Below, one piece after another: positions 22,893 through 34,194 of a DNA stretch of 64,000 nucleotides. The notes beneath the pieces were generated by a model that saw only the letters and a program-made list of their open reading frames with translations, was not told the DNA's origin and made no database searches. How positions within the stretch are numbered: position 1 is the first letter of the stretch; the number at the start of each line of letters is the position of its first letter. The position numbers and the translations under genes are program-made. Source of the DNA: Rhodothermales bacterium (GTDB lineage: Bacteria > Bacteroidota > Rhodothermia > Rhodothermales > BA12); NCBI GenBank assembly GCA_963726715.1, contig CAVSDF010000014.1:60899-124898 (forward strand), read 5' to 3'.

Positions 22893-24688
22893 TCACACCT
22901 TCGCCGCCACCAAGCGCGGCGCGCGGGCGCGGCGCGGGGGTTTGGCGCTCGCGGCGAGGCCCTCGTCGCGGGCGTAGGCGGCGGCGGCCTCGACGAAGGC
23001 GCGGAAGAGCGGGTGCGGCGCGCCGACGCGTCGAGCCGGTACTCGGGGTGGAACTGCACGCCGACGAACCACGGGTGGTCGGGCAGCTCGACGATCTCCA
23101 CGAGGTCGCGGTCGGGGTTCATGCCGGTGAACGAGCATCCCGTGCTCGGCGCAGCTTGTAGCGGAGCGCGTTGTTGACCTCGTAGCGGTGGCGGTGGCGC
23201 TCCGGTCACCTCGGTCGTCGCCGTAGGCCGCGCGCGCCTTCGAGCCCGGCTGCGACAGCGCAGCGGTAGGCGCCGAGCCGCATCGTGCCGCCCTTGTCGG
23301 TGATCGCCTTCTGCTCCTCCATCATCGAGATGACCGGGTGCGGGCGTCGCGGCGTCGAACTCGGCGGAGTGCGCGCTCGGCCAGCCGCAGACGTGGCGCG
23401 CGTACTCGATCACCGCCATCTGCATCCCGAGGCAGATGCCGAAGAACGGGATGCCGTTCTCGCGCACGTGGCGCACGGCGGCGATCTTGCCCTCGATGCC
23501 GCGCTCGCCGAAGCCCGGCGCCACGAGCACGCCCGCCACGCCGTCGAGCGAGCGCCGCGGCCGTTCTCGGGCGTCAGGTCGTCGGAGAGGACGGAGCGGA
23601 TGTCGACGTGCACGCCTGCCGCGGCGCCCGCGAGGACGAACGACTCGATGATCGACTTGTAGGCATCCTGATGCGCCACGTACTTGCCGACGAGCGCGAT
23701 CGGGACGGTCGCCTTGGGGTTCTTGAGCTTGCTGCAGGAAGCGCGTCCACGCCTTCAGGTCCGGCTCGCGCGCGGCGAGGCCCTTGAGGCCGAGGCGCTC
23801 CACCACGAGGTCGTCGAGGCCCTGCTCTTTCAGCAGGAGCGGCACCTCGTAGATGCTCTCGGCGTCGGGGCTGGCGACGACGGCGCGGGTCTCGACGTTG
23901 GTGAAGCGGGCGATCTTGCCGCGCAGCTCGTCGTCGAGCGGGTGCTCGGTGCGGCAGACGAGCACGTCGGGCTGGAGGCCGTACGAGAGGAGCTGCTTGA
24001 CGCTGTGCTGCGTCGGCTTGGTCTTGAGCTCGCCCGCCGCCTGCAGGTACGGGACGAGCGTGAGGTGGATGTTGAGCGTGCTCGCGCTGCCGAGGTCGTA
24101 GCGCATCTGCCGGATGGCCTCGAGGAACGGCTCGGCCTCGATGTCGCCGACGGTGCCGCCGATCTCGGTGATGACGACGTCGAAGGCGCCGGTCGTCGCC
24201 GAGGCGCATCATCCACGCCTTGATCTCGTCGATGACGTGGGGGACGACCTGGACGGTTTGCCCGAGGTACGTCGCCTGCGCGTTCCTTCTGGATGACGCC
24301 GAGGTAGACGCGGCCCGTCGTGACGTTGTTGGCCTGGCTCGTCGGGCGCCCGAGGAAGCGCTCGTAGTGGCCGAGGTCGAGGTCGGTCTCCGCCCCGTCG
24401 TCGCGTGACGTAGACCTCGCCGTGCTCGTACGGGTTCATCGTCCCCGGATCGACGTTGAGGTACGGGTCGAACTTCTGGATCGTCACGCGCAGGCCGCGC
24501 GCTTCGAGGAGCCGCCCGAGGCTCGCGCAGACGATGCCCTTGCCGAGCGAGGACGTGACGCCGCCGGTCACGAAGATGTACTTGGTCTGCACGGCAGGCG
24601 GGGAGTGCAGGCCCGGCGCCACGAGCGCCAGTGCCTTGTCGAGGAGGCAGGCGCCGGGGGCGCGGCACTGTCGCCGCGCACATCCCAT
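22893..24688 (-). CDS. pyrG: CTP synthase (frameshifted; start approximate)
   Basis: [50 protein letters not shown]. Confidence 0.96.
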
Positions 24689-24769
24689 CGCCAGCGCGCC
24701 AGAGGGCGTCGCCGGGAGACGAAGCTACGGGACGCAGGATGTGCGGCGCGACGCGCACGGGCTTTTCGT

Positions 24770-24880
24770 GGGGGGCGTTGGGGGGATGGTGAGATTGTGG
24801 GGTGGTGAGGGGGTGAGCGGTGAATCGACCGACGGCCCACGACTCACGAAACTCACCATCCCACCCCTCACAAACTCACG
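24770..24880. repeat. Inverted pair of degenerate 8-mer tandem arrays
   Basis: G/T-rich units (GGGATGGT GAGATTGT GGGGTGGT GAGGGGGT) facing C/A-rich units (ACTCAC, ATCCCAC, CCCTCAC, ACTCAC). Confidence 0.6.
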
Positions 24881-25601
24881 CATACCGGTCGTGGATGGCG
24901 GTGTAGTCCGTCACGACGCGGTTGAGCACGTCTTCGGCCCGCAGCGACGACGGCGGCAGGTCGAGGCGGGCGGCGACGGCCTGGTGGGCGCGGCTCACGA
25001 GGTCGCGCGCGGCGGCCGAGCGCGGGTCGCCGTGGAAGCGCAGCAGCACCGCGCGGATCGTGCGGATGTCGGCGTCGCTCAGGCGGTCGGCGGGTGTGCG
25101 CGGGCGGTAGCCGTCGGGGACGACGGGGTAGCGGACGTCGACGAGGTCGATGGCGGGGAGCGCGCGCAGCACGGTCGTGCCTGCGGCGAGGTCGCCGAGG
25201 CGCTGCCCGTGTCGCGTGAAGGCGATGGCGAGGACGGCCACGCCGCCGCTCGAGAGCGTCACATCGACCCAGCGGAGGAGCCACCGGAGGGCGTACTGCA
25301 CGAACGTCGGCGGCGCGCCGTCGAGGCGGGCGACGCGCAGGCGGCGCATCCGCTTTCCGGGCGTCTGCCCGCCCATGAGCACCTCGAAGAGCAGGTGGTA
25401 GAAGAGCACCGGCAGCATCAAGATCGTCGATGCGGTGCTGCCGAGGTTCAGGCCGACGAGGTCGGGCGCGACGAAGACCGCGAAGACGTACGCGGTCACG
25501 ATTGCGATGTCGATCATCCACGCGACGATGCGCTCGCCGAGGCCCGCCGTGGCGAACGAGAGCTCGACGTTCTGCGCGGTCGAGATGCGGAGCGTATCCA
25601 T
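24876..25601 (-). CDS. RDD family membrane protein
   Basis: TAQNV, RIVAWMID, GQTPGK, RWLLRWVD, QRLGDLAAGT. Confidence 0.9.
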   Translation of the reverse strand: MDTLRISTAQNVELSFATAGLGERIVAWMIDIAIVTAYVFAVFVAPDLVGLNLGSTASTILMLPVLFYHLLFEVLMGGQTPGKRMRRLRVARLDGAPPTFVQYALRWLLRWVDVTLSSGGVAVLAIAFTRHGQRLGDLAAGTTVLRALPAIDLVDVRYPVVPDGYRPRTPADRLSDADIRTIRAVLLRFHGDPRSAAARDLVSRAHQAVAARLDLPPSSLRAEDVLNRVVTDYTAIHDRYA

Positions 25602-25631
25602 GCGGAGAGGAAGCAGTGGCGGTGCGGCGTT

Positions 25632-25725
25632 CCCCCTCCGGCCTGTCGGCCACCTCTCCCGCTCGCGGGGAAGGACCGCCGCGAAGCGCGTTCCCCTTCG
25701 GGGACCTTCGGTTCAGCGCGCGGCG
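25632..25725. repeat. Multi-hairpin intergenic repeat, family D copy 1
   Basis: CCCCCTCCG..CACCTCTCCCGC..GGGGAAGGACCGCCGCGAAGCGCGT..CAGCGCGCGGCG; similar to 50813-50912. Confidence 0.6.
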
Positions 25726-25868
25726 AGACGGCAGGAGGCGCAGGGCAGGACCGCAGGCGCTGCCGGGGGCACCTCCAAAAGTTACGACATCTGTGTAGAT
25801 TGCAACCGGGCGAGCACCGGTCACCGGCCGTGCAGACCCACGTTCCGCCCTCCCCTTCGTCCCGACCG

Positions 25869-26937
25869 ATGCGAGAAGCCGTCTTCGTCCGCCAGCACGC
25901 CGAGGCGTGGTCCGCCTTCGAAGCGCGCCTCGACGCCGACGCAGCCGTCGACCCCGACGCCCTCGCCGACGGCTACGTCCGCCTCGTCGACGACCTCGCG
26001 TACGCGCGCACCTACTACCCGACCTCGCCGACGACGGCCTACCTGAACGGCCTCGCCGGGCGCGTCCACCAGCGGCTCTACCGGACGCGGCGCGTCGAGC
26101 CGGGGCGGCTCGTGCGGTTCTGGACGCGCGACGTGCCGCTCGCCTTCTTCGAGGCCCGCCGACCGCTCGCCATCGCCGCGCTCTTCTTCGCCGCCTGCGT
26201 CGCGCTCGGCGCCGCCTCGGCGCTCACCGACGGCACCTTCGTGCGCCTCATCCTCGGCGACGAATACGTCAACATGACGCTCGACAACATCGCCGCGGGC
26301 GACCCGATGGCCGTCTACAAGCAGGCGAACGAGATGGACATGACGTCGATGATCGCGCTCAACAACGTCATGGTCTCGTTCTTCGCCTTCACCGGCTTCG
26401 TGCCCGTCGGCGGGAGCGGCGGCGGTGCCGGGGTTCTCGGTCGGGACGCTGCTCGCGCTCTTCCGCAACGGCGTGATGCTCGGCGCCTTCCAGGCATTCT
26501 TCTTCCGCGAGGGCCTGCTCTGGGAGTCGGCGCGGACGATCTGGATCCACGGCACGCTCGAGATCTCGGCCATCGTCGCCGCCGGAGGCGCGGGACTGTC
26601 GATGGGCAACGCGCTGCTCTTTCCCGGCACCTACCCGCGCCTCGTGGCCTTCCAGCGCGGCGCCCGGCGCGGGGCGACGATGGCGATGGGCCTCGTGCCG
26701 GTCTTCCTCGTCGCCGCCCTCCTCGAAGGGTTCGTGACGCGCCACACGGCCATGCCCGACGTGCTCGCGCTCGCCATCATCGGCGCCTCGCTCGCGGCCG
26801 TCGTCGGCTACGGCGTCGTCCTGCCGCGCCGCGTCGGGCGCGCCGTCGCGGCCGAGGACGCCGCCGCCGCACGCTCGGACGCCGCCCTGCCCGTCGCCAG
26901 CGCCGCGCTCACCGCCCGTCCGCACCTGGACGCCTGA
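25869..26937 (+). CDS. SpoIIM/DUF95 membrane protein (frameshift near 26420)
   Basis: MREAVF, DLAYARTYYP, GDPMAVY, NN, NGVMLG, IWIHGTLEI, LEGFVT. Confidence 0.9.
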
Positions 26938-26968
26938 GATCGCCCGCCCTGCCCTTCCCTGCTTTTCG

Positions 26969-28188
26969 ATGGACTCCGACCTCTCGCACGCCGTCTACGC
27001 ATCCGAAACCGCCACCGCCGACGACCGCGGCGCGATCCGCTTCCGCGTCGTCCGCGATTTCGGCGACACGCTCAACGTCACGTTCCGCTTCCTGCGCGAG
27101 AACGGGCGCGAACTCGGCCTCGCGCTCCTCGTCATCGCCGGGCCGGTCGCGCTCCTCGCCAACGGCGCCGCAGGCGTCGTGCAGGCGCGGATGTACACGG
27201 CGATGGCCAACCCGGCGAACGCCGACCGACCCGTTCGCGGTGTTTCGCGTCCTCGGCAGCCCGGCGTACCTGCTCGCGCTCGTGCTCGGCATGGTGGCGC
27301 CGTTTCTCGTGCTCGCGCTCACCTTCGCCTACGTGCGCGGCTACCGGCGCGGCGAGGCGGGCACGCTCACGCCGTCGCGGCTGTGGGCGGAGGCGCAGGG
27401 GATGGTCGGGCCGCTCCTGCTCTTCTACCTCGCCACCACCGCCGCCGTCGTGCTCGGTGCCGTCGTCAACATCATCCCGTGCCTCGGCATGCTCGCCGTA
27501 CCTCGCGGGCATGGTCTACCTCTTCCCCATGTCCAGCGTCGCCTTCGTGGTGCGGGCCGAGGAAGGGCTGGGCATCGTGGCGTCGTGGAAGCGCGCGCAG
27601 GCGCTCGTGCGGCCCGAGTGGGGGCAGAGCTTCGCCGTCATCTTTCTCTCGTGGCTGCTGCTCTTCGTCGTCATGCTTGCGCTCACGATGGCAACGACGA
27701 TTCCACAGATGATGGCGGGCGGTCTGACGGGCGGGATGACGCAGCCGCCGCTCGCGATGACGGTGCTGACGGCGCTCGTCGCGTCGCTTCTCGTGCTCGC
27801 CTACACGATCCCGTTCGTCGCCAGCGTCTTCCAGTACCACACGCTCGTCGAGCGCGCCTCGGGGACCGGCTTCGGCGCCGACATCGCCGCGCTCGCCGCC
27901 CCGACGCGCCCGCCCGAGCCAGACCCGACCTTCACCGCGCGCCCCGCGCCGCCCGCCACCGCCACGCCCGCCGCCCCGATCTTCACCGCCCACCCCGCCG
28001 CGCCCGAGACGACGCCCGACGCCGGTTTTCGCGGCACGGGTTTCCGCGACGGCGCCATGCCGACGGCCACCGCGCCGCCGTCGGATGCGCCCGCCGCCTC
28101 ACCTCCCGTGGCTCCGCCCGCCGATTCGTCCGCGCCGCGTGGCTTCCGTGGCGGCGGCTTCGACGGGTCGGCGACGGACGACCGCTGA
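26969..28188 (+). CDS. Multi-pass membrane protein of the MoxR/DUF58 cluster (frameshifted)
   Basis: RDFGDTLNVTFRFLREN start, about 6 TM segments, FQYHTLVE, Pro-rich tail. Confidence 0.7.
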
Positions 28189-28190
28189 CC

Positions 28191-29168
28191 GTGTCCCGCG
28201 TGCTTCTTCTCCGCCTGCCGCGCCGCGCCGCTGCCGCCCTCGCCGCTGCCGCCGTCCTGCTGCTCGCCGCCGGGCCTCCGAGCGCCGCGACGGGCGCCGT
28301 GACGCGCGATGCGGTGTGGGCAGAGACGAAGTGGATGGAGCAGGACACGACCCGCAGCGAAGACACCGCCGCCCCGCTCGATTCGTCCGCTGGCGAGGCG
28401 ATGCCGTACACGACGACGACGAGTCGTGGGATGAGGACGACGGCGTCACGCAGACGCTGCTGCCCGCGCCCGAGGCGACGCCGCGCGCCGTGCCCGAGGC
28501 GGCGCTCGCGCGCTACCGCGCCGACCCGAACTTCCGCTACGACACCGCGGGCCGCGCGACCGGGCCGTCGCTGCTCGACCGGTTCTGGGACTGGTTCAAG
28601 CGGACCTACCTCGCCCCCCTCTTCGAGCGCGCCGCATCGCGTCCCGGACAAGCGACGCTCGCCATCGCCGGCATCGTTGCCCTGCTCGCGCTCCTCGTCT
28701 GGCTCGCGCGCGGCGGCGACCTCGGCATCTTCCGGCGCCGCGACGGCGAGGCCGCGATGCCCTACGGCGGCTTCCTTGCCGACATCGCCCTCGGCGCCGA
28801 CGACCTCGACGCCCGCCTCGCCGACGCCCGCGCCGCCGCGGCAGTGGCGCGCGGCGACGCGCTGGCGCTTCCTCGTCAGCCTGCGCCGGTTGGGCGCGGC
28901 GGGCGTCCTCCGCCTCGACGCGCACAAGACCGACGGCGACTACCGCCGCGAAATCCGCGGCGCCGGGCGCCCGCTCGCCCGCGCCTTCGCCGACGCCGCC
29001 GACGCCTTCGCCTGGGTCTGGTACGGCGCCGCCGCGCTCGACGCCGACCGCTTCGCCCGCGTCGAAACCACCTTCGACCGCCTCGACGCCGCCCTCGACG
29101 GGCGCGCGACCGCACCGCGCATGGCAGAAGCGCCGGTTCTGGCGACCGATGACGGAGGGGATTCGTGA
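28191..29168 (+). CDS. DUF4129-domain protein (frameshifted)
   Basis: YRADPNFRY, WRAATRWRFL, HKTDGDY, FAWVWYG. Confidence 0.8.
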   Translation: MSRVLLLRLPRRAAAALAAAAVLLLAAGPPSAATGAVTRDAVWAETKWMEQDTTRSEDTAAPLDSSAGEAMPYTTTTSRGMRTTASRRRCCPRPRRRRAPCPRRRSRATAPTRTSATTPRAARPGRRCSTGSGTGSSGPTSPPSSSAPHRVPDKRRSPSPASLPCSRSSSGSRAAATSASSGAATARPRCPTAASLPTSPSAPTTSTPASPTPAPPRQWRAATRWRFLVSLRRLGAAGVLRLDAHKTDGDYRREIRGAGRPLARAFADAADAFAWVWYGAAALDADRFARVETTFDRLDAALDGRATAPRMAEAPVLATDDGGDS

Positions 29169-30444
29169 AACGTTTTCCCCTGTGGATCGGCCTCATCGCG
29201 CTCCTCCTCGTCGGCCTGCTCGTCGCCACGCCGCAGGAGCGCTCGTGGGCGCCCGACTACCGCCCGACGTCGGATGCGCCGCTCGGCGCCGCCGTCCTGC
29301 ATGGCCTGTTTGGCGCGTGGACGGGCGCATCGGTCGAGGTCGTCGCGCGAGACGCCGTACCTGCGCCTCGCCGACACCACCGCCGCCGCCGACGGCGTCC
29401 TCTACGTCTTCCTCACCCAGACCTTCGCCCCCGACCCCGCCGAGACGCGCCGCCTGATGGCCTTCGCGCGCCACGGCGGAACGGTCTTCGTCGCCGCCGA
29501 AACGTTCGACGGCGATCTCTCCGAGGTCCTCGCGTCGGCCCCCGACAGCCTCGACCGCGCCACACGACATGCACGCCGGCAGCATCGACGACGTCGGCCG
29601 CTGTTCGACGAGTCGCGGCGACAGCCTCCTGCGCCTCGACGCGCCCGCGATGCACCGCCAGGATGGCTACCGATTCCCGATCGCCGTCCGCTCGAACGTG
29701 CTGGCTTCCCTCGACACCCTCCGTACGGCCCGCCTCGGGCGCGACGCGCAAGGCTCGCCGACGCTCGTGCGCGTGGCCGTCGGGCGCGGCGCCGTCGTGC
29801 TCTCGTCGACGCCCCGCGCGTTCTCGAACGCGGCGCTGACGGGCGATGGCGACGCGGCGGCGTACGTCGGCGGCGTGCTCGGGCACCTGACTGCGCGGCG
29901 CGTTCTCTGGGACGCGCACCACACGCCGATCGGCACGAGCCGCTCGCCGCTCGGCCTCGTCTTCGCCACGCCGCCGCTGAAATGGGCGTACACGCTCCTG
30001 CTGCTCGGCACCCTCCTGTTCGTCGTCTTCCGGGGACGGCGGTGGCAGCGCGCGGTGCCGGTCGTCACGCCGCCGCCGAACGCGCTCGTGGCCTTCGCCG
30101 AGTCGGTCGGGCAGTTGCAGGCGCAACACGGCGACCGCGCGGCGCTCGTGGCGCGGCGGCAGGCGGCGTTCTTCGACACCCTCCGCGCCCGCGTCGGCAT
30201 CGCGAACCCCGACCTCTCCGACGAGACCGAAGCGCTCCTCGCCCGCGCCGTCGGCGACGAGGTCGCCGCGCTCGTCTTCACCGCCCTCCGCCGCGCCGTC
30301 GGCGCGCTGCCTCCGAACGCCGACCGTCTCGCCGACGACCTCCGCTCGGCCCGGCGCCGCACCCGGTCGCCGGGCCCCGGCGACCACGACCTTCTCGCCC
30401 TCGACCGCGCCCTCGACCGCGCCTACGCCGCCCTCGGCCGCTGA
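29165..30444 (+). CDS. DUF4350-domain protein (frameshifted)
   Basis: N-terminal [45 protein letters not shown]. Confidence 0.78.
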
Positions 30445-30478
30445 CGCGCTGCTCTCTTCGCCCTGCTCCCCCGCCCCG

Positions 30479-31595
30479 ATGCCCGACCCGCTCCTCCCGT
30501 CCGAACCGGACACTCCCGCTCCGCCCGACGTGATGCCGCCGGACGCGCTCCCGTCCGTGTCCGCCGCCGCGTCTCCATCGCCCACCGTCGGCGGTTCTGG
30601 CGGCGGCGCGCCTGCCGTCGTGACCGGCGACTTTCGCCCCGAGACAGATCTTTCCGGCGTCGCGGCGGCGGTCGAGGCGCTGCGCGACGAAGTCGGCGCG
30701 CTCATCGTCGGGCAGCACGCGCTCGTCGACGAGCTCATCGCGGCGCTTCTCGCGGGCGGGCACGTGCTCATCGAAGGCGTGCCCGGCGTCGCCAAGACGC
30801 TCACCGCCCGCCTGCTCGCCCGCGCGACCGGCCTCGACTACTCCCGCATCCAGTTCACGCCCGACATGATGCCCGCCGACGTGCTCGGAACGTCGGTCTT
30901 CAGCCCGGCGACCGGCACGTTCGAGTTCCACCGCGGCCCCATCTTCGCCGCCGCCATCCTCATCGACGAGATCAACCGCGCGCCCGCCAAGACGCAGGCC
31001 GCGCTCTTCGAGGTGATGGAGGAGCGGCAGGTGACGCTCGACGGCGTGACGTACCCGATGGCCGACCCGTTCGTCGTCTTCGCCACGCAGAACCCGATCG
31101 AGCACGAGGGCACGTACCGCCTGCCGGAGGCGCAGCTCGACCGCTTCCTCTTCAAGGTCCGCGTCGGCTACCCGAGCCTCGACGAGGAGGTGACGCTGCT
31201 CGAACGCGTGCAGGCGCACGGCGGGCGCCTCGACGACATCGCGCGTGCGGCAGGTGCTCGACGCCGGGCGGGTGCGGGCGGCGCAGGCGGCGGTGCGGGC
31301 GGTGCGGGCCGAGACCGGGACGCTGCGCTACGCCGCCTCGATCGTCGGGGCCACGCGCGGCCACGCGGCGCTGTACATGGGCGCCAGCCCGCGCGCCTCG
31401 CTCGCGCTCCTCGTCGGCGCCAAGGCCGTCGCCGCCATGAACGGACGCGATTTCGCGACGCCCGACGACGTGCGCACGGTCGTCGCCCCGGCCCTCCGCC
31501 ACCGCGTCGTGCTGACGCCGGAGAAGGAGATCGAGGGCGTGCGCGTGGAGTCGGTGCTGCGGCGGATCGTCGAGGACACGGAGGTGCCGCGGTGA
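30479..31595 (+). CDS. MoxR-family AAA+ ATPase (frameshift near 31245)
   Basis: [49 protein letters not shown]. Confidence 0.94.
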
Positions 31596-31622
31596 TGCGT
31601 CGGGACGGATGTGGACGGTGTC

Positions 31623-31712
31623 CCTGTCATTGCGAGCGCAGCGCGGCAATCTCGTACCGCAGCGCTCCGGAGGACCAGATTGCCACGTCGCTTCGCTCCT
31701 CGCAATGACAGG
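31623..31712. repeat. Composite palindromic repeat with TGTC ends, family C copy 1
   Basis: Terminal IR CCTGTCATTGCGAG / CTCGCAATGACAGG; inner IR GGCAATCT / AGATTGCC. Confidence 0.85.
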
Positions 31713-31813
31713 CGGGAGGATTCGGGGCGGACGCGAACGACCCTGCCCACACACCCGTCACCCCACCGGCCTCCCCGCCGCGGCCCTGACCTCCATTCTC
31801 TCCTGAACTTTCC

Positions 31814-33157
31814 GTGCCCGTGCTCCGCGCCGTCCGCGATCTCTACCTGCCGGAGCGGTTTTTCGCGGCCGGGGCCGTGCTCGTGGCGCTGTGCGTCGTC
31901 GGGGCGTTCGTGCCGGTGGCGTTCGCGCTCGCGCGGTGGGGGACGGTGCTGCTCGCGGTGCTCGCGCTCGTCGATGTCGTGCTGCTCTGGGGCGCCCGGG
32001 GCGGGCTGCGCGGCGCGCGCGAGGTGCCGCGCCCGCTGTCGATCGGCGAGGACAACCCGGTCGGCGTGCGGATCGAGAGCACGTACCGCTTCCCGGTGCG
32101 CGCGCGCGTGATCGACGAGCGGCCGGTCGAGTTTCAGGCGCGCGACCGCGGCGAGGTCGTCGTCCTCGCGCCCCGTGGACACGCCGAGCGCGCCTACACG
32201 CTCCGCCCGACGCGGCGCGGGGCGTACGCCTTCGGCACGCTCCACCTCTACGCCGCCTCGCCGCTCGGCCTCGTGCTGCGGCGGTTCCGCGCCGCGAAAG
32301 GCGAGGAGGCCGTCGTCTACCCGTCGGTCGTGCAGATGCGGCGGTTCGCGCTTCTCGCCGCCACGAACCGCCTGACCGAGGCCGGGCAGACGCGGCTGCG
32401 GCGCCTCGGGCTCTCCAGCGATGTCGATCAGGTGCGGCCCTACGTCTCCGGCGACGACCGCCGGGCGGTCAACTGGAAGGCGACGGCGCGGCGCGGCGGC
32501 GCGCTCGCGGTCAACCAGTACACCGACGAGCGCGCGCAGCCCGTCTACGTCCTCCTCGACATGGGCCGCGCGATGCGCTCGCCGTTCGAGGGGCTGACGC
32601 TCCTCGACCACGCCATCAACGCCGGTCTCGTGCTCCTGAGCGTCGCCCTCGGGCGCGGCGACCGCGCGGGGCTGGTGGCCTTCGACACGTCCGTCTCGAC
32701 CGTCGTGCCCGCCGAGCGGCAGGCCGGCCAGCTCGCGCGCTTGCTGGAGGCGCTCTACCGGCTCGAGACGAGCTTCGGCGATCCGTCGTTCGAGGCGGTG
32801 CTCGCGGCGGCGCCCCGCGCGATGCGGCAGCGCGGCTTGGTCGTCCTCTTCACCAACGCCGACACGCGCGTCGGGCTGCGGCGGCAGCTTCCGTACCTGC
32901 GGCGGCTCGCGCGGCAGCACCGGCTGCTCGTCGTCCTGTTCGAGAACACGGGCCTCGACGCCGTCCTCGACCGCCCCGCCGCGCGCGTCTCCGACGTCTA
33001 CGTCAAGGCCGTCGCCGAGGGCCTCGATGCCGAGAAGCGCGAGGTCGCGCGCGAGTTGGAGCGGCTCGGCATCGGCGTGCTCCTCACCCACCCGTCGCGC
33101 GTCACCGCCGACGCCGTCAACCGGTATCTTGCCGCCAAGGCCCGCGGCGAGATCTGA
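31814..33157 (+). CDS. DUF58/VWA-like protein
   Basis: VYPS, VRPYVSGDDRRAVNWKATAR, DERAQ, LDMGRAM, GDRAGL. Confidence 0.9.
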   Translation: MPVLRAVRDLYLPERFFAAGAVLVALCVVGAFVPVAFALARWGTVLLAVLALVDVVLLWGARGGLRGAREVPRPLSIGEDNPVGVRIESTYRFPVRARVIDERPVEFQARDRGEVVVLAPRGHAERAYTLRPTRRGAYAFGTLHLYAASPLGLVLRRFRAAKGEEAVVYPSVVQMRRFALLAATNRLTEAGQTRLRRLGLSSDVDQVRPYVSGDDRRAVNWKATARRGGALAVNQYTDERAQPVYVLLDMGRAMRSPFEGLTLLDHAINAGLVLLSVALGRGDRAGLVAFDTSVSTVVPAERQAGQLARLLEALYRLETSFGDPSFEAVLAAAPRAMRQRGLVVLFTNADTRVGLRRQLPYLRRLARQHRLLVVLFENTGLDAVLDRPAARVSDVYVKAVAEGLDAEKREVARELERLGIGVLLTHPSRVTADAVNRYLAAKARGEI

Positions 33158-33315
33158 CGCGGCCGCCCCGGCGCCTGCTCCGAACGTATCGACGGGGCGG
33201 TCTCTGGTACCTTCCCTGACCTGTCGAACGGGGTCGAAACGGTGCGCGGGGCGGCGACGGGACGTGCGGGCATGTCCCTGCGGGCCTTTTTCTCACCTCC
33301 ACGTCCTGTTTCCCG

Positions 33316-34154
33316 ATGCGAGTCTACTCCGAGCAGGATCTCCCAGATCCTCGAACGCGCTGCCGAGCGGCAGGCGAAGGCCACGCGCGGCAGCGCCCGA
33401 GGTCGGGCTGACGCTCGACGATCTCGAACGCATCGCCGCTGAAACAGGCCTCGACGCCGCCCACCTGCGCGCCGCCGCCGCCGAGGTCGATGCCGCCGGA
33501 GGCGCGGTCGAGCGCCGGAGCCGGTCGACCTCGCACCTGTTCGTCGAGCGCTGGCTGCCCGGTGGCCTCACCGACGACGCGTGGGACGACCTCGTCTCTG
33601 ACCTTCAGAACCGCTTTGGAAAGAGCGGCGCAGCGGCCTTCCTGCCCGTGAACGGCGTGGCCGGACGCGTGGAGCAGGTCGGGCGCAACCGCGAATGGGT
33701 GCACACCGACGGGCTCGGCGTCGAGACGCGGGTCATGGCGAGCGACCGGGGCGACCGCACGCGCCTGCGCCTCTCGCAGCGCGTCGGGCTGGGCAACGAG
33801 GTGACCGACGGCAGCGTCGTCGGGCTCAGCTTCGGCGTGCTCGCCGGCCTGGTTACCTCTGCAATTCTGGGGCTCGACGGCGTCTGGATCGCGGCGATGA
33901 TCGCCCTCATGGCCGTTGCCATCGGTGTGGCCACCTACGCCTTCGACGTGCGCTGGCGCCGCCGCAAACACGACGACCTCGACGCGCTCGCCGGTCACCT
34001 CGCCGATGTCTCCCTCGCCGCCTTTGCCGCCCGGACGGACTCCGCCGCCCCGGCCTCCCTCCCCACCGCCGCGCGCCCGGCGCTCGACCTCGACGCCCTG
34101 CCCGAGGCGCCCGCCACCACCGGACCGCTGCCCGGCGACCGCCTGCGCGCGTAA
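33316..34154 (+). CDS. Hypothetical membrane protein (frameshifts near the N-terminus)
   Basis: MRVYSEQ..ILERAAERQ, LTLDDLERIAAETGLD helical N-terminus, two C-terminal TMs. Confidence 0.65.
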
Positions 34155-34194
34155 CCGCCGGGCAACCGCAGACAGACACGTCACGCCAAGACCC

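Noticed and set aside
24456-29168. Very long ORFs in the track (1570 aa here; also 10529-14242, 48501-51674, 52712-56914, 57534-61139)
   Set aside because: They are shadow or chimeric frames caused by stop-codon scarcity at high GC plus indels; mostly Arg/Pro/Ala-rich nonsense joined to pieces of real genes.
24876-33157. RDD-SpoIIM-DUF4129-DUF4350-MoxR-DUF58 cluster as a new system
   Set aside because: It is a widespread, already recognised gene neighbourhood, although its function remains poorly defined.
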